Of a DNA stretch of 64,000 nt, positions 1-12,759 are shown piece by piece. Origin of the DNA: Rhina ancylostomus (lineage: Eukaryota); the NCBI GenBank assembly GCA_030265395.1, contig JARFYF010000074.1, positions 96,206,756 to 96,270,755 on the forward strand, read 5' to 3'. The translations under genes were made by a program, and so were the position numbers. The notes beneath the pieces are model-generated. The model did no database searches. It saw only the letters and a list, made by a program, of their open reading frames with translations, and had not been told where the DNA came from. Within the stretch, counting starts at the first letter, position 1; each line of letters starts with the position of its first letter.

Positions 1-505
1 GGCTGATGGGCCCATTTCTGTGCTGTATTGCTCTATGACACTGTAAAATCCTTAGCAACAATTCATCCATTCTTCCTGCTCTACTACATGGCTCATTGCC
101 AGCCTTTTGTCACTAATTTGCTGCAATCCATCATCAACTGTTTTTCATGAAGGGCAAGAGGGAAGTGTTTATTGTTCCATTCAAAATAGTCAATGGTAAA
201 GAGCAAATTGCATTGGTGCCAATGTTAGTTGTGATGGTATGGCACAGATAGCCTGGGTTAAACATAGCACCACATCATTTCTATTGTTGTTCAATTTCAT
301 TCTAGCATTTGTAAGTTTGGCTTGATGCCTGTATGAAATAATGTGACCCTAGTATTTAAACACCATCAGCAATACTTTGGCAACAAAACGTTGNNNNNNN
401 NNNTAAGGATCTGATTATTTTGGAGAATTGTACGTTCAGATCGAGCTGGTGCTCTAATTGCATGCTAATCTATGTCACTGATCACAGCTGTAGGAATTGA
501 AAAAT

Positions 506-512
506 ATGCAAA
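506..512 (+). CDS. Possible first coding segment (ATG CAA A) of the Cut8/Sts1-like gene
   Basis: ATGCAAA|gtaatc donor, then a 68-nt intron with a ttctaat branch-like motif ending in tttag at 580. Phase 1 matches the next exon. The real start could instead lie upstream of the window. Confidence 0.35.
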
Positions 513-580
513 GTAATCCAATATTAGCATATCAAAGAAGTCATCAAAGTTTCTAATCTAATTTATATTTTAATATTTAG

Positions 581-638
581 ATTTTACTGAGGCATTGATC
601 ATACCAAAATTACATCGTGTTCAGTTTGATCATTCAAA
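581..638 (+). CDS. Cut8/Sts1-like gene, exon (xFTEALIIPKLHRVQFDHSK)
   Basis: tttag acceptor, gtatgc donor, open frame; phase 1 to 2 fits the next exon. Confidence 0.65.
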
Positions 639-1192
639 GTATGCATAATATGCATTTTCTATGTTCACATGAATCATTAATGTTCAAAGAAAGCAGTGTA
701 CACATATCACTGTGGCATATGACTGGGTAAAGAAATTCAACAGACCTGCAAGTAAATAGTGCTTATTTTCTCTTGGCCAGTTATGTTAATGCAGTCATGT
801 TACTGGCTTCTTAGTTAATTGTCTTGAATTCAGTTACCCTCTTCAGGATTAAAATGTAATCAATGCACAACCTGGAGCATGGATTATAACAGGATTAAAA
901 TCTGAATACCATTATTACAGTTTCACTGCTAATGCTTTTGCCTTTTTCTATAATGAAGCAAAATGGGAATCCCTTATTAGCAGAGGTGTATCTTGTTGAA
1001 TCAGTTTTTGTGTGCAGGTTTCTCTCGAGACTTGGGATTATAATTTTATTACATAAGATTTCCACTTGCCCTACCGATTTCCCTGGCAATGTTGTTACAT
1101 CCCTTAATCTTAAAAAGTGAAGTTTAACATTACAGGTGGCAAGTATACTGCATTTGATTGTGGTACATTCTTAATAAGTTAGGTTCCATTTA

Positions 1193-1450
1193 GGGGTGGC
1201 ACGGCAGCGTAGTGGTTAGCACGATGCTATTACAGCACCAGTGACCGGGGTTCGATTCCCGCCACTGCCTGTAAGGAGTTTGTACGTTCTCCCATGTCTG
1301 TATGGATTTCCTCCGGGTGCTCCGGTTTCCTCCCACATTCCAAAGACGTACAGGTAGGTTAATTTAGGGGTTTAAAACGGGCGGTGTGGGCTGCCCATTC
1401 TCGTTGGGCTGGAAGCGCCTGTTACCACGCTGTAAATATTAAAAAAAAAT
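1193..1450 (+). mobile_element. tRNA-derived SINE (V-SINE/HE1-like)
   Basis: tRNA-like head with A box and B box (GGTTCGATTCC at ~1249), core 'tttgtacgttctcccatgtctg..ttcctccgggtgctccggtttcctcccacattccaaagacgta', A-rich tail. Confidence 0.85.
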
Positions 1451-1698
1451 AGTGGTTGAGATGGCAATATTAGAAACATTTAAAGGCCATCTGGAAGGTA
1501 TATGGATAGGAGAGGTATAGAGGGCTATGGGCCAAATATATATAAATAAAATCATCCAAAAGCAAACACTTTCAGCAGATCAGGTGTTCCTGGGGGTTTG
1601 CACTTGTTGCCTTTTGAAATAATAGAAGGAAAGTAATAAAAAGGTCCTGTCACTATTTTCATTTAATTGTTTTTCCCTCTTTTAGTCCATCTTCGCAG

Positions 1699-1805
1699 GT
1701 CCTATGAAGAAATTCTGAATTCTACAAGAGCACAAACACGGTTAACAGCACTTCATGCCAATGTTCCTCCAGCGTCTTTTCTGAGAAGAGAGAATGAACC
1801 AACAG
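1699..1805 (+). CDS. Cut8/Sts1-like gene, exon (SYEEILNSTRAQTRLTALHANVPPASFLRRENEPT)
   Basis: Polypyrimidine tract plus cgcag acceptor, gtgatt donor, phase 2 to 1. Confidence 0.75.
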
Positions 1806-3059
1806 GTGATTGTTTTGTTCAGGATGTGAATGTTGAGTCAAGTTTGTGTGTGTGTGTGATCATTAGTGCAATAGTTGTCATCCCATCCATGTAAATAAAA
1901 GACAATGGGCTATTCCCCTTCCTCTTTTTTTGTCTTACATAAGATGTAGACTTTATTTAAAAAAGTAATGTACAAACATATGAATTAAAAGTCTGGGTAG
2001 GCCACTTGGTCCCTGTTTCTCATTTTATAAGGTCATGGGTGATCTACTTATAATCTTGACTGCATTTTTGTCCACCTGCAGTAAGCTTGTACGTCCTGTT
2101 GCTATCAAGAATTGATCCAACTTTGTCTTACAAGAAAGTTAAGGATTTTTTTTTTGTTATGTTTCAATTAAGTTCCCTCTCTCACTTTTAAACACCAGCA
2201 GGTACAAGCCTTGCTTGTCTGACCACTCTCTGTAAGATAACTTGCACATTTCCATACTTAGCCTAGCAAACCTTATCTGATCTTCCAATGCTTTAACATT
2301 CTCCCTTAAATGTTATTACTGCACACAGTGCTCCAGATGTTGTGCAAATGATTCTGAAGAACCAGTATTCAATGCTGCAACCAGTATGTTATCAGGATCC
2401 TCAGTCAACAGTAGTCTTGGTTGGTTATCTTGGGTTTTTTTGGCCAGTGTGTTCAGCTGTTTCATTATATGGAGTGAATTAAACTGACTGAAAATTGGCT
2501 TCTGTAATGCTGGGGAGCTCTGGAGATGGATCAGCTACTGTGTTTAGCATTGAAGACTGTTGTGCAATCTTTCTCATTAATGTGATGAGTTCTACCCTCA
2601 TAAATTGAGGGTGTTCACGCAGCAACCCCTTCTGTTCGGCTCTCATGAGAGCTTGGATTTAATTTGCTGTTTGTGAGGTTTCTAGCCTTTGTCTTTTAGA
2701 GTATTATATAAAACATCTAATGCTCATCTGTTGTTTGACCAGTCTGTTGGGCAGTTCTCCCATTAGGACAAGGCCTTGGTATTATTGAGGAGGACTTTGC
2801 TGTGTAAATTGCAATAGTTGTATTTCTCTCTATTATAGTTGTATTTTAGTTACTTATCCAGACAAAAAAAAACACAACACTATCTTGTTATCATAAATAC
2901 AGAGAGGCAATCTGTTGGAAAATTTTGGTAGGCATTATTCAGACCAAGTATTCACTGTGTCCATCTTAGAATTAAATTTGTTTTTAAATCAATTATGGAA
3001 GGTCCTTAAGAAACTATGCAAATGCATATTGTTTTCAGGTTGATAGCTAGTAGAGCTAT

Positions 3060-3330
3060 CATGTGGCACAGCTAGTAGAGCTGTTGCCTCACAGCTCTAG
3101 CAACTGGGTTCAATCTTGACCTTTGTCTGTGTGAAGTCTGCCTGTTCTCTGTGGGTTTCTTCCTAGTGGTCTGGTTTGCATTATCAAAGATGTTCAGATT
3201 GGTAGGTTAATTGGCCATGGTGAATTGCTGAGTGATTAAAATCTTAGGAAAATTGATGGAGAATGTGGGGCAAATAATGTGAAGGATTAGTGTAAATGGG
3301 TGCTTGATGGTCAATGTACAGTGAAGTCTA
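3060..3330 (+). mobile_element. Degenerate HE1-like SINE
   Basis: tRNA-like head (gggttcaatct), V-SINE core remnants, 'ggtaggttaattggcca...ggattagtgtaaatgggtgcttgatggtc'. Confidence 0.7.
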
Positions 3331-3566
3331 TCAAATAAAAATGAGAAAAATAACCAGAAAATTTGCCTTGATACAGATTGAAATATTCGAGTGTATAACA
3401 TAATGCCTTTTATTAGCCTTATTGATCTTTATGGTTTTGTCTGGGCCTTTGTAAGGGAGCAACTTAAACTATTACAACAGGCATATGTATATATGATAGT
3501 TTTAGCTATTGGCAATTATCCACCTTTTTATTTTGCTAAATACATTTTTATGTTTTCCAATACAAG

Positions 3567-3683
3567 ATATTTCTGAAGTCACATCACTCACCAGAAGAAA
3601 CTTTGGATCTAGAAGAGGAATGTGCATCAGTTCATCAAATTTTATCAATAACAAAAAAACATTGGAAAATGACAGTGAGAAAG
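3567..3683 (+). CDS. Cut8/Sts1-like gene, exon (DISEVTSLTRRNFGSRRGMCISSSNFINNKKTLENDSEK)
   Basis: tacaag acceptor, gtgtgt donor, phase 1 to 1, open frame. Confidence 0.72.
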
Positions 3684-4025
3684 GTGTGTGTCTGATGCTA
3701 TTTAATACAAACCTGAGTGTTTCTGTGGAATTCATTTCGCATCCATTTTGTGCTCGTAGTCAAAATTCCACAGTGGGATCCAAGTGCACCATAGATATTT
3801 GACAGATATCAAACAGTTGCCATCATTTTCAATCTATGTCAAGAGAGTTTTGTTTTGAATGCAAGGTAACTATGTTATGGTGATTTGTTCTCGCATGCCA
3901 TTTGCAGAGAGAACAAATGTGTGCACCCAAGAGACATTAATCCTTTGGTAGCATTGTAAAGTATACTGTTTAACAGAAATATTTCCATGAAAGAACTGAC
4001 AAAACTTAAAATTTTCACTTTTCAG

Positions 4026-4156
4026 AATCACCTTTCAAGAAACAACGACTGCATTTTAAACCAGGTGTAAATTTAGAAGTCAAACTGAATGATTTATTAA
4101 CATCTCAGCTAGTGCATACTCTCTTATTGCACCGATATCCAGCAATTGATGATGAG
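4026..4156 (+). CDS. Cut8/Sts1-like gene, exon with NLS-like PFKKQRL (ESPFKKQRLHFKPGVNLEVKLNDLLTSQLVHTLLLHRYPAIDDE)
   Basis: ttttcag acceptor, gtatgt donor, phase 1 to 0. Confidence 0.8.
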
Positions 4157-4333
4157 GTATGTAGTCATGTTGTGACATTAACCTAACATGCCACAATTTT
4201 TTATACTTAAACTGGACCAAAGTCTCACTAAAGCTTCCCTCTAATCCTTGACAACAGACTTAAATGTGCATTGTAACTCTGGCTGTTGAGTTCAGAATTA
4301 AATCAAATCCAGTGTTTTTTTTTCCTGAAATAG

Positions 4334-4495
4334 GACATGAAATTGGTTCTTCCATCATTGATCCTGAAATGTGCTCAGAAACAGCTGGAGTTATCCAAAA
4401 GCAATGTTTATCGTTCAATACCACGATGGCGCTTGGGTTCCAACAGAGATGCATACTGCTATCGCAAAGCACATAATCATCTTCAGGCTTTCAAG
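4334..4495 (+). CDS. Cut8/Sts1-like gene, exon (DMKLVLPSLILKCAQKQLELSKSNVYRSIPRWRLGSNRDAYCYRKAHNHLQAFK)
   Basis: aaatag acceptor after a T tract, gtttgt donor, 162 nt phase 0 to 0. The 'YRSIP...DAYCYRKAHNHL..F' segment resembles the Cut8 core. Confidence 0.82.
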
Positions 4496-6183
4496 GTTTG
4501 TATTCTCCAACTAAGATGGATTGGACTGCCATAAGAATACTTGTTTCCACTAACATTTTCCACCTTTTATACTGTATTTCTAAGTGTACTAATTTATACA
4601 AGCTGGTGGACACCAGCAGTTCCTTATTTAATATAGTGGTTATTTGTATGCTCAGTACACACAAATCAGAGATGATCATCAGAGATGCTTAATCGTCTTA
4701 TTCTATGGATGTCTCAATCAATATTTAAAATAATAGTCAGGATTGCAAAACTTTGATTTAACAATTTGATCCTTGGGCCTAATGAAATAAAATAACCTTG
4801 GCATTTAACAGATTTACCAAATGGCTCAGTGCTAGTGTAAAGGAAGTTAAAATTAAACTTTCCAGATACTGGGAATTTGAAATCGAATAATAGAAAATAG
4901 TGGAAACACTCAACAATGGAAGACCTTGAAATGTTAATTCTGTTTCACTTTCCCAAGATGCTGTCTGACCTGCTGTATTTCCAGCTCTTTCTGTTTTTAT
5001 TTTTTTATTGAACATGCTTCATGTATACAAATTATGTACTTAAAATTTTAATACAAGTGGATGACAATCGGGCATCAAAGTTCATGTGTATCAAACATAG
5101 TCTTAACAGGATGGATGAATAAATGGTAAGGAAATTAAGTTCAATGAGCCTCTTCCTAAAAATAAATCTCTACTGAGTTGCAGAGGTGGATGTTTCCATT
5201 GCCTTGTCTTACCATGAAAAGCTTGCTCGTTTCAGCCCTAACCTTGCTTTGGTTGGTTTCCGTAATCTCTTATCTTTATAAAGTTTAAACTGATAATTTT
5301 CTCTGTGACTCTCATTTCTTTCAAATGCTGCAAACCCCACATTTCTCCAGCCATTTCTCAAAACTGCCACCAGTCAAGACTTGGCCACAAGTGGCATATT
5401 ATTCCAAATATAGTCTTACTTGTTTGGTTTGTTTTTCATAGTATACTTTGGCATTCTACTACCTTGAAATTTATCAACTGTGTTGTCACCAAATGCTGGC
5501 AATCCTTCACACACGTCCTTTATGGATTTTAAAACAAAATTCCTGAGTGCATTTATCACATTTTTTAATGTTTACTTGTTATTACATTTTATTTGCATTT
5601 TTCTGTCTGCTTAAATATTTTACTAAATAACTTATCTTTTGGTAGTCCATCCTATGATTTGACAGCACTATTTTGATTTTGGCTGTATTTGTTCCAACTG
5701 CCTAGAGGCAGAAATAAAATTCAAACTTTGGTGGTTGGGGAGGAGGGGCTCACTCCAAAGATATATGCTTAGCATGCACCTTCCACCTACCAGTTTTGTC
5801 CACTGTTAAATGAAGACGTAATTGTGTTTATTTCCTCTTGCTACATGGTCCAAAGGGCTTGCTTGTAAAAAAAAATGTAAATAAAATGAAACAATCCATC
5901 CTCCTTTTTATTATGTATACAGAGTTTTTAATCATTCAACATGTGGAAACTAAATGCCTTCACAGCCATGATCTCTTGATATCCTGATTTAAAGCAACTA
6001 AAAGACACAAAACGGGGAACCTATTTTATCCTTTTCAAAGCTTCTCCTACTGATTTAAGTCCTGGGCATCTTATCCTTCACGGAAAGGTTCAGTCAGGTT
6101 CTGGTGGGTGATGTGAAATTTATTCAAATCAACAGAAGTGACTTAGAAAATGTTATGATGGATTGGATTTTGTTTCTTTGCAG

Positions 6184-6410
6184 AGAACGTGCCTGGAACA
6201 AGGGAAGCTATTATTGCAAGCAGGATGCTGGGAAACTTCATTAAACTACATACTGATTGCGTGGAGGACTACAAGTGAACTTCCACAGTGGGATAATAGC
6301 TTCCACAATGAATGTACACAACAGTGTTTTACAGTTTTAGCTGTTCAGGGCATAACTGCCTTGCAAAGAAGCTGTCTAGAGTTGGACAAGTATAAACAAC
6401 TTCGGAAAAG
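6184..6410 (+). CDS. Cut8/Sts1-like gene, exon (RTCLEQGKLLLQAGCWETSLNYILIAWRTTSELPQWDNSFHNECTQQCFTVLAVQGITALQRSCLELDKYKQLRKR)
   Basis: tttgcag acceptor, gtaaat donor; carries the LPxWD...HN....CF..L motif typical of Cut8/Sts1. Confidence 0.85.
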
Positions 6411-7598
6411 GTAAATGCTTCAACATCGATGTTAAGAGAGGTATAGAATTAATTTCTGGAAAGGGGTGTTGANNNNNNNNNNNNNNNNNNNNNNNNNNNN
6501 NNNNNNNNNNNNNNNNNNNNNNNNNNNNNNNNNNNNNNNNNNNNNNNNNNNNNNNNNNNNNNNNNNNNNNNNTCTGGAAAGGGGTGTTGAATTGGTAGTG
6601 ACTTTCCAAAATACTCTACAATGTAAATGTAAAAATCACATTGTTATTAATGTTGGTCATAGTTCCAGATGGCCAACCATACAAGGAGTTGGTGACTTTT
6701 TTTAAAAAGGGTTGCATTTGCACTCCTCCCAGACTCTTCCTTGAAATGAAATAATCATATTACAAATAACTACTGAATTCTTAGATCATAAATATTTCAA
6801 TTGGTTCAGACTTAAATTTTTAGTTGTCAAGGAAATATAAACGTTGTTTAAATACAGTCCTCATAATTCCTTGTTTTTGGCCTGATATTCTATTGGAGCT
6901 GCTCTACTCATTTTCATTTATAGATTACCCTTTCCTGTAAAATGTAAAATCTACCAAAAATGAGCAAATTAATCATTTTCATCCATTATTAGCCTGGCTA
7001 TTGTAAGTAAAGTCTATGACATGAACTGCATAACTAATATTTAAGCTAACCTTCATATATTTTCATTTGTCTTTGATGTGCCCAGAACTTTAGTTTTCCC
7101 TCTTATTTTCCTAGGTTTTGTGTACATTGACCAGGCTGTTGCCTACTCCAGTTTTTCTTCCAAAGTATCCTCCAATTCATCCATTTGGAAATTAATACTG
7201 ATCTGCACCCCCCCCACCCCTTTTATTTTGTATGTTGTAGCAAAATTGTCAAGTTGATCAAACAATGAAGGTAGATGTTGTAACTTAAATGGCCTGATTG
7301 GGAGGGGAGGATGGGAATATAAACTTAACGTTGCATAAGACCCTTGTTCATGTGTCTTCATATCATGGGACATGTATTCATTTCTGAAAGTAACCTAGTT
7401 ACTAAAGTTTAGTTGTCTGAGTTTACTGAAGCACTATATCAACAATGACCATTGAGGCTTGAGATCTGGTGTTGATAACATTATAGGCTTTACCCTGGCA
7501 CTTAAGAAGCTGAGTAATGGAAGGAAGAACACAATTGTAATTTATATAATGTAATAAAAGCAAAATAATAATTCTAACAATTCTTCTTTCTGTTACAG

Positions 7599-7719
7599 AC
7601 TTAGAATTGCGTATACACAAAACAAACTGATCAAACCCTGTCTTGAAGAATTGGATAGGATAATTGTAGTCCTGGAATGCAGTCCTTCAGAACAAAATCC
7701 CTCTTGCCTAAATGCTTGA
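7599..7719 (+). CDS. Cut8/Sts1-like gene, last coding exon (LRIAYTQNKLIKPCLEELDRIIVVLECSPSEQNPSCLNA*)
   Basis: ttctaac branch point, pyrimidine tract and ttacag acceptor; phase 2 matches; TGA at 7717-7719. Confidence 0.8.
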
Positions 7720-8360
7720 AATTTCAACTTGAATGAGAAGTTTAGTATGTCCACAGCGAGAAAATCCAATGCCTTCAGAGGCAAATGGCAGCTCTATTTC
7801 CTTTTGGTTTGCTGCAGAAAGGTTATATTTGATATCAAACCTGTTTGTTCAAAATGACTTGTCCATATCAGAGTACTCCTACTTTGCATTGGATTGGGGC
7901 CAGCATAACATTATGGAAAATTGGAATTAAAAGGAGTGGCCTTTGGAATTTAATGATCAAATAACATATTTGGTGGAGAAAATAGTATTTTTTTACATGT
8001 TTGGGAAAGGTGGGGACGGGGCAGGTAGCCTGTGTCCTCTAATTCAAATTGTTCACTTTTTAAACAAAAAAGGAAGAATAGCTTTTTTTTTAAACCTCAA
8101 AATGGTAACTGCAGGATTCTGTCTTGAGACAATATGCAATTGTAGGTAATTGGATTGATGGATCTTATGGAGGTTTGTGCAAGTTTTGGTACTGATCATT
8201 TTGGATATTTCTGGAAATGTGAAAGTATAAAATTGAGATTTTTTAAAATGTGGATTGTATTTTTTTTTTGAAAATCATCCAGTGAGTCTTAAATCACTCC
8301 TTTCTTGTATAAGAAAACAGAGTGCTGTAAGTCGTAGCATGCAAATAGAATGTATGGTAC

Positions 8361-8712
8361 AATAAATTTGGTGCAATAGCAATATTAGTAATCTAATAAT
8401 GGCAATTGCACTTTAACCTTTGACTAATTACTGTTTTTAATATGGAGTTTCTGGTAATAAACCAAAAAACAAGTTATGAATTTTGGCCAGAGTTGAGCAT
8501 ATTTTTCATATGTTTAAAAAAAACCTATTCTTTAAATTATCTATGGATTTCATAAATGTGTAAATTTACCTAGTTATGAGCAATGTAATATGTTTATTCT
8601 TACTCGAACACTGAAATGCAATGTATCCAACATGTGAAGAAAAATTATCATTTATGTTTTAGCTGTTTTTGTAAATGAGCAATTTGGTGTTTATAAGAGT
8701 TTTCCAAATAAA
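8361..8712 (+). terminator. Candidate polyadenylation signals of the Cut8-like gene
   Basis: AATAAA at 8361, 8456 and 8707 in an AU-rich 3'UTR-like region free of obvious repeats. Confidence 0.4.
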
Positions 8713-9479
8713 ATGAGTACTAACTTATAACCTTTAAAAATGCATGGAGATTGGATTTTCAAAATTATTGCATTTTCAATTTTAAAAATGATATTGTAAA
8801 TGTCTTGTTTTGCAATATCTAATATCAAGCAGACTGAGGGATTCAATGTTCTATTGAAAATGGTGCATTTATCAATTAGTCATTTTCCTTAATCAAGCTG
8901 TAAAATGAAGTAACAGAAAGTCAACTACTTGCTCAAAATCAATAATGTTAGTCTTGCCCTCTACAATGAGTATACAGCCTTCACACCCTGTCTGCCTGAA
9001 ATTTGTGGGTGTTGATTCCAAACTTTTCCTTGCTGGTGCTGTTTCTCTCCCAAACTTCTGTGGAGCTTGTATCTTAACTCTGTTGCTTGATCTTGGTGCA
9101 CTGTTAGTGCTGCACCAGTTAACCTTACTCTGTGGAAATTAACACCTGTCATCTGGAGGTGCAATAGCAAAATGAGTCATATCACTTGTAATAATTATTT
9201 GGAGAAAGCATACTAAGTTTAGGCTTAAATTAGCCAGTTGCTCAGAAATTGGGTCCAACTGATGGGAAGAAAGTACCATTCTGTGCACTAGCTCTGGGTA
9301 GTTCTGGGTTCAAAGATGGAATCTGTATCTCTAGAGTTAAGGGATAATTAGAGAAGTTATTGTGCTGTAGGTAGCAGTCTCCAAACAACCAAATTGGAAT
9401 GAAACTGTTAAATAATAGAAATATTAAAGAAATTTTGCGTCTTATTTCAATGATTTTGTTTAAAGTGGTGTCATAGTTA

Positions 9480-10300
9480 TACAGGGTGGTGAAAAAGGTG
9501 TTTAGCGTGCTGGCCTTCATCAGTCAAAGTGTAGGAGTTGGGACACTTGTAGTTGTATAAGTGAGACTGCACCTGGAGTACTGTGTCATTTTGGTCACCC
9601 TGTCATAGGAAAGATTTGATTAAACTGGAAAAGGTGCAGAAAAGATTTGAGGATGTTGCCAGAACAAGAAGGCCTGAATTATAGGGAAAGGTTGGCCAGG
9701 CTAGGTCTTTATTCCTTGTAATGAAAGAGAATGAGGAGCAACCTTTTATAGAAATATTTAAAATTATGAAAGGCATAGATAAGTTGCATGGTAACAGTTT
9801 TTTCCCCAGAGTTGGGGAGTCCAAAACTAGGGGGCAGAGATTTAGGCTGAGAGTTTCTCTTTCCCAGGGCACCAATGNNNNNNNNNNNNNNNNNNNNNNN
9901 NNNNNNNNNNNNNNNNNNNNNNNNNNNNNNNNNNNNNNNNNNNNNNNNNNNNNNNNNNNNNNNNNNNNNNNNNNNNNTGGTGTGATGGGCAGCACAACAC
10001 GGTGGGCCAAAGGGCCTGTTTTGTGCTGTGTTGTTCTATGGAGGTGAAAGATTTAAAAGGGACTTAAGGGGCAACCTTATCATGCAGAGGGTGGTGAGTA
10101 TATGGAACATGCTGCTAGAGGAAGTGGTTGAGACAGGTACAATAATATCATTTAAGAAGCACTGGATAGGTACATGCAGGGGTGGGGCTTGGAGAGATAT
10201 GGGCCAAATGCAGGAAATTGGGACTAGCTGGGTAGGCACCATGGTTGGCATAGACATGTTGGGCCGGAGGGCCTGTACCCTTGCTGTATTGCTCCATGAC
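9480..10300 (+). mobile_element. CR1-type LINE 3' fragment (with a nested fragment or gap)
   Basis: Translates to 'IEIFKIMKGIDK..FFPRVGESKTRG', 'QRVVSIWNML'; CR1 3' tail 'gggccggagggcctgt..gctgta'. Confidence 0.85.
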
Positions 10301-12759
10301 AAGTATAAAGCAGTTTGCTCTTGATTGGAGAAAACAGATAAAATGTGGAAAGAATTTTGAGAAATGTAAAAGAAATTGATTAGTTTTATCTTTGTATCTT
10401 TATTATAAAATATTATATTAACTTTTTAGTTTTTTCTTTTTGTGTATCTTTCTATTTGTTCTCATTTGAAAGGTTTCCAGATTAACAAGGTAGGAACAAG
10501 TGCTGGAATGAAGCAGAGGAACTGGAGCAGGTTTCATTTGGGGGATAGTAAATAATTTAAAGTGGTTATGTAAAAGGATTTTAAAAAAAACAAAAATTCG
10601 CTAGAGAGTTTATGGGGTTTATTCATTTATGAGATTACATTATAGGCCAATTTGATGCCTGGAGCCATGTTTTAGGAGATTACATTCTGTGATCCTGGCA
10701 AACCATGTGACTACTGGCTCTGTCTACATCATTATCTGGACTAGTAGATAAATCCAAAAGGAGATTTTGACAAAGTAAGTAATGAGAAGCTTTCCAAAGC
10801 AGAAATGTTGATTTAAGATAATTGGTAGAAGGAGCAGAGATGGTATGAAGTATAAAATTATGCACTTGTAGGGAACACAGTCTTAAATAGTGATAAGAGA
10901 TTCAATAATAAATTCAAATGGAAATTAAATACTTGAGGGTAAATATTTGCAGGAAAGAATAGCAGGTTGGGGCTATTTGAATTTCCTTCAAAATGCCAGC
11001 TTGGGCTGTATGTCCTAACTGAGGGCTGTATCTTTCTATGATTCTCATACACAAATAACTTCAATTAAATTTGCATCTTCTGAAAGTTGAAATTGGACAT
11101 GTAATATTGGTTTGTTTTCTCAAACCATTAGCAAAAATTGCTTGAATGAGAGTCCTTATTCTCCAACCTCACTGCCACAAGACTGCACCTAGTCTTGGTT
11201 ACCTAAACAAAACCACAAGGGATTTTTTTTAGACAACAGAATATGGATTGAACAGACTACTGAAGTAACATTTGAAAATAAGTTTTTCTTTTACCAAAAT
11301 TACTTTATTTCTTGGAAAATAATCTAATAAAGGAATTTGTACTTAGTTCATGCAAACACAGATATTTTACACATTTCAAATCAATTCATTTATACACAGA
11401 GCAATCTTATTTTTTATAAATATCCTACATCTTCTCACACATTGTTTGGTATGCAGAACATTAGAATAGGCTTCCCCAATAGATCCTTTGCATAGGTTAT
11501 AACTTGCTTAAGTTTGTCCTGCAGCATTTACTCCTGGACTTGAGCACACTGGTCACCAATTCATATTACTAATTCTTATAAGACTGATTGAAAGTCATTA
11601 AAAGTTTACTGCATCACTTCTCAATTTCTCACAGCTATGTACACATGGATGTGTCCTCCTTTCTACAGATTATTAATTACCTTAAATCATAGGGGATGGA
11701 ATAGAAGCAAATTGCTTTTTCATAGCTGCAATATAATTGCAACAACAAATACATCTACTTAGCACAATTGAGAAAGCCATGCTTTTAAGCTTGGACAGAA
11801 ATTTGATTACTGTAATTCAACTCATTTTTTCCTCATTCCAAATGCACAAATTGTTGGTGTGGTACTGCTCAAACCTGCTCATTTTCTAATACTCAGCTTG
11901 TTCTTCAATTAGAGCATCAGGACTAACTGAAAAGTGTTTAATTAAAGAAGGAATAGCCGAGGCCAAGCACGTTTTATGTGCATGCTACATCTGCTTTGGG
12001 AGTAGATAGGGTAAAAAGGAATGGCAACATAAGAAGGAATTTCAAAAAGATTCTGAGGTATTCTACATAATAATACTACACAAAAATAGGACAATAGTTA
12101 GGTAAATGACAATAATTTTTAAAGTTTACTTAAAACACCAGATGTAGAAACCACTTATCCTGAGAGTAGAAAACATCTATTATTGCACTGAAAGTCTCTA
12201 TATGTCTCAATTATGTATTGTTTAGTACCTTGTTAGGTTTGCATTTACTCAATTAAATGAAAAATTGGAATTACAGAAGACTTCTGTCAGCAACTGGTGT
12301 GCACTCTCGGGGAAACTTTCTCCGGGAGCATTTTTTGGAGGTATTTCAGAAAGAATAAAGAGGGAGGGGGTGCAATAAAAACATTTGGTTAGTACAACAG
12401 CGTCTGTGGAGAAAACAGTTATTGATTCAGGACAAAAGAAACTTTGATGAGGATTTAAGTTCTGATTGTGAAGAAACAGTTGATGAACAATAACTAATTA
12501 CTTTAAAGCATCCCTCACAGGAATTAGTGAGGGATGCTTTCAAGATGTTTCTACCGACAAGTACCGAAGATTTGCTTTGCACAGATCTGACTTTCTGAAT
12601 AATTGCAGCACTTTCGTTCTCTTTTTTTCCCCTATCTCCAGAAGACAGTGTTTGCCTTTTTATGTTGGCAATATGAAAACATGTTCATTCTAATAATAAT
12701 TCATTTAAACAATAATCCATTTAAACGTAAACAATTTGATAAAGAGAAACAAAATCTTT

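Noticed and set aside
1193-1265. tRNA-like sequence with A and B boxes
   Set aside because: It is a SINE head continuing into the V-SINE core, not a tRNA gene
1687-1698. Alternative acceptor tttag at 1685
   Set aside because: Out of phase with the upstream exon, whereas the acceptor at 1698 keeps the frame
6455-6590. Direct repeat TCTGGAAAGGGGTGTTGA flanking an N run
   Set aside because: Identical sequence on both sides of a 100-N gap indicates contig overlap, not a target-site duplication
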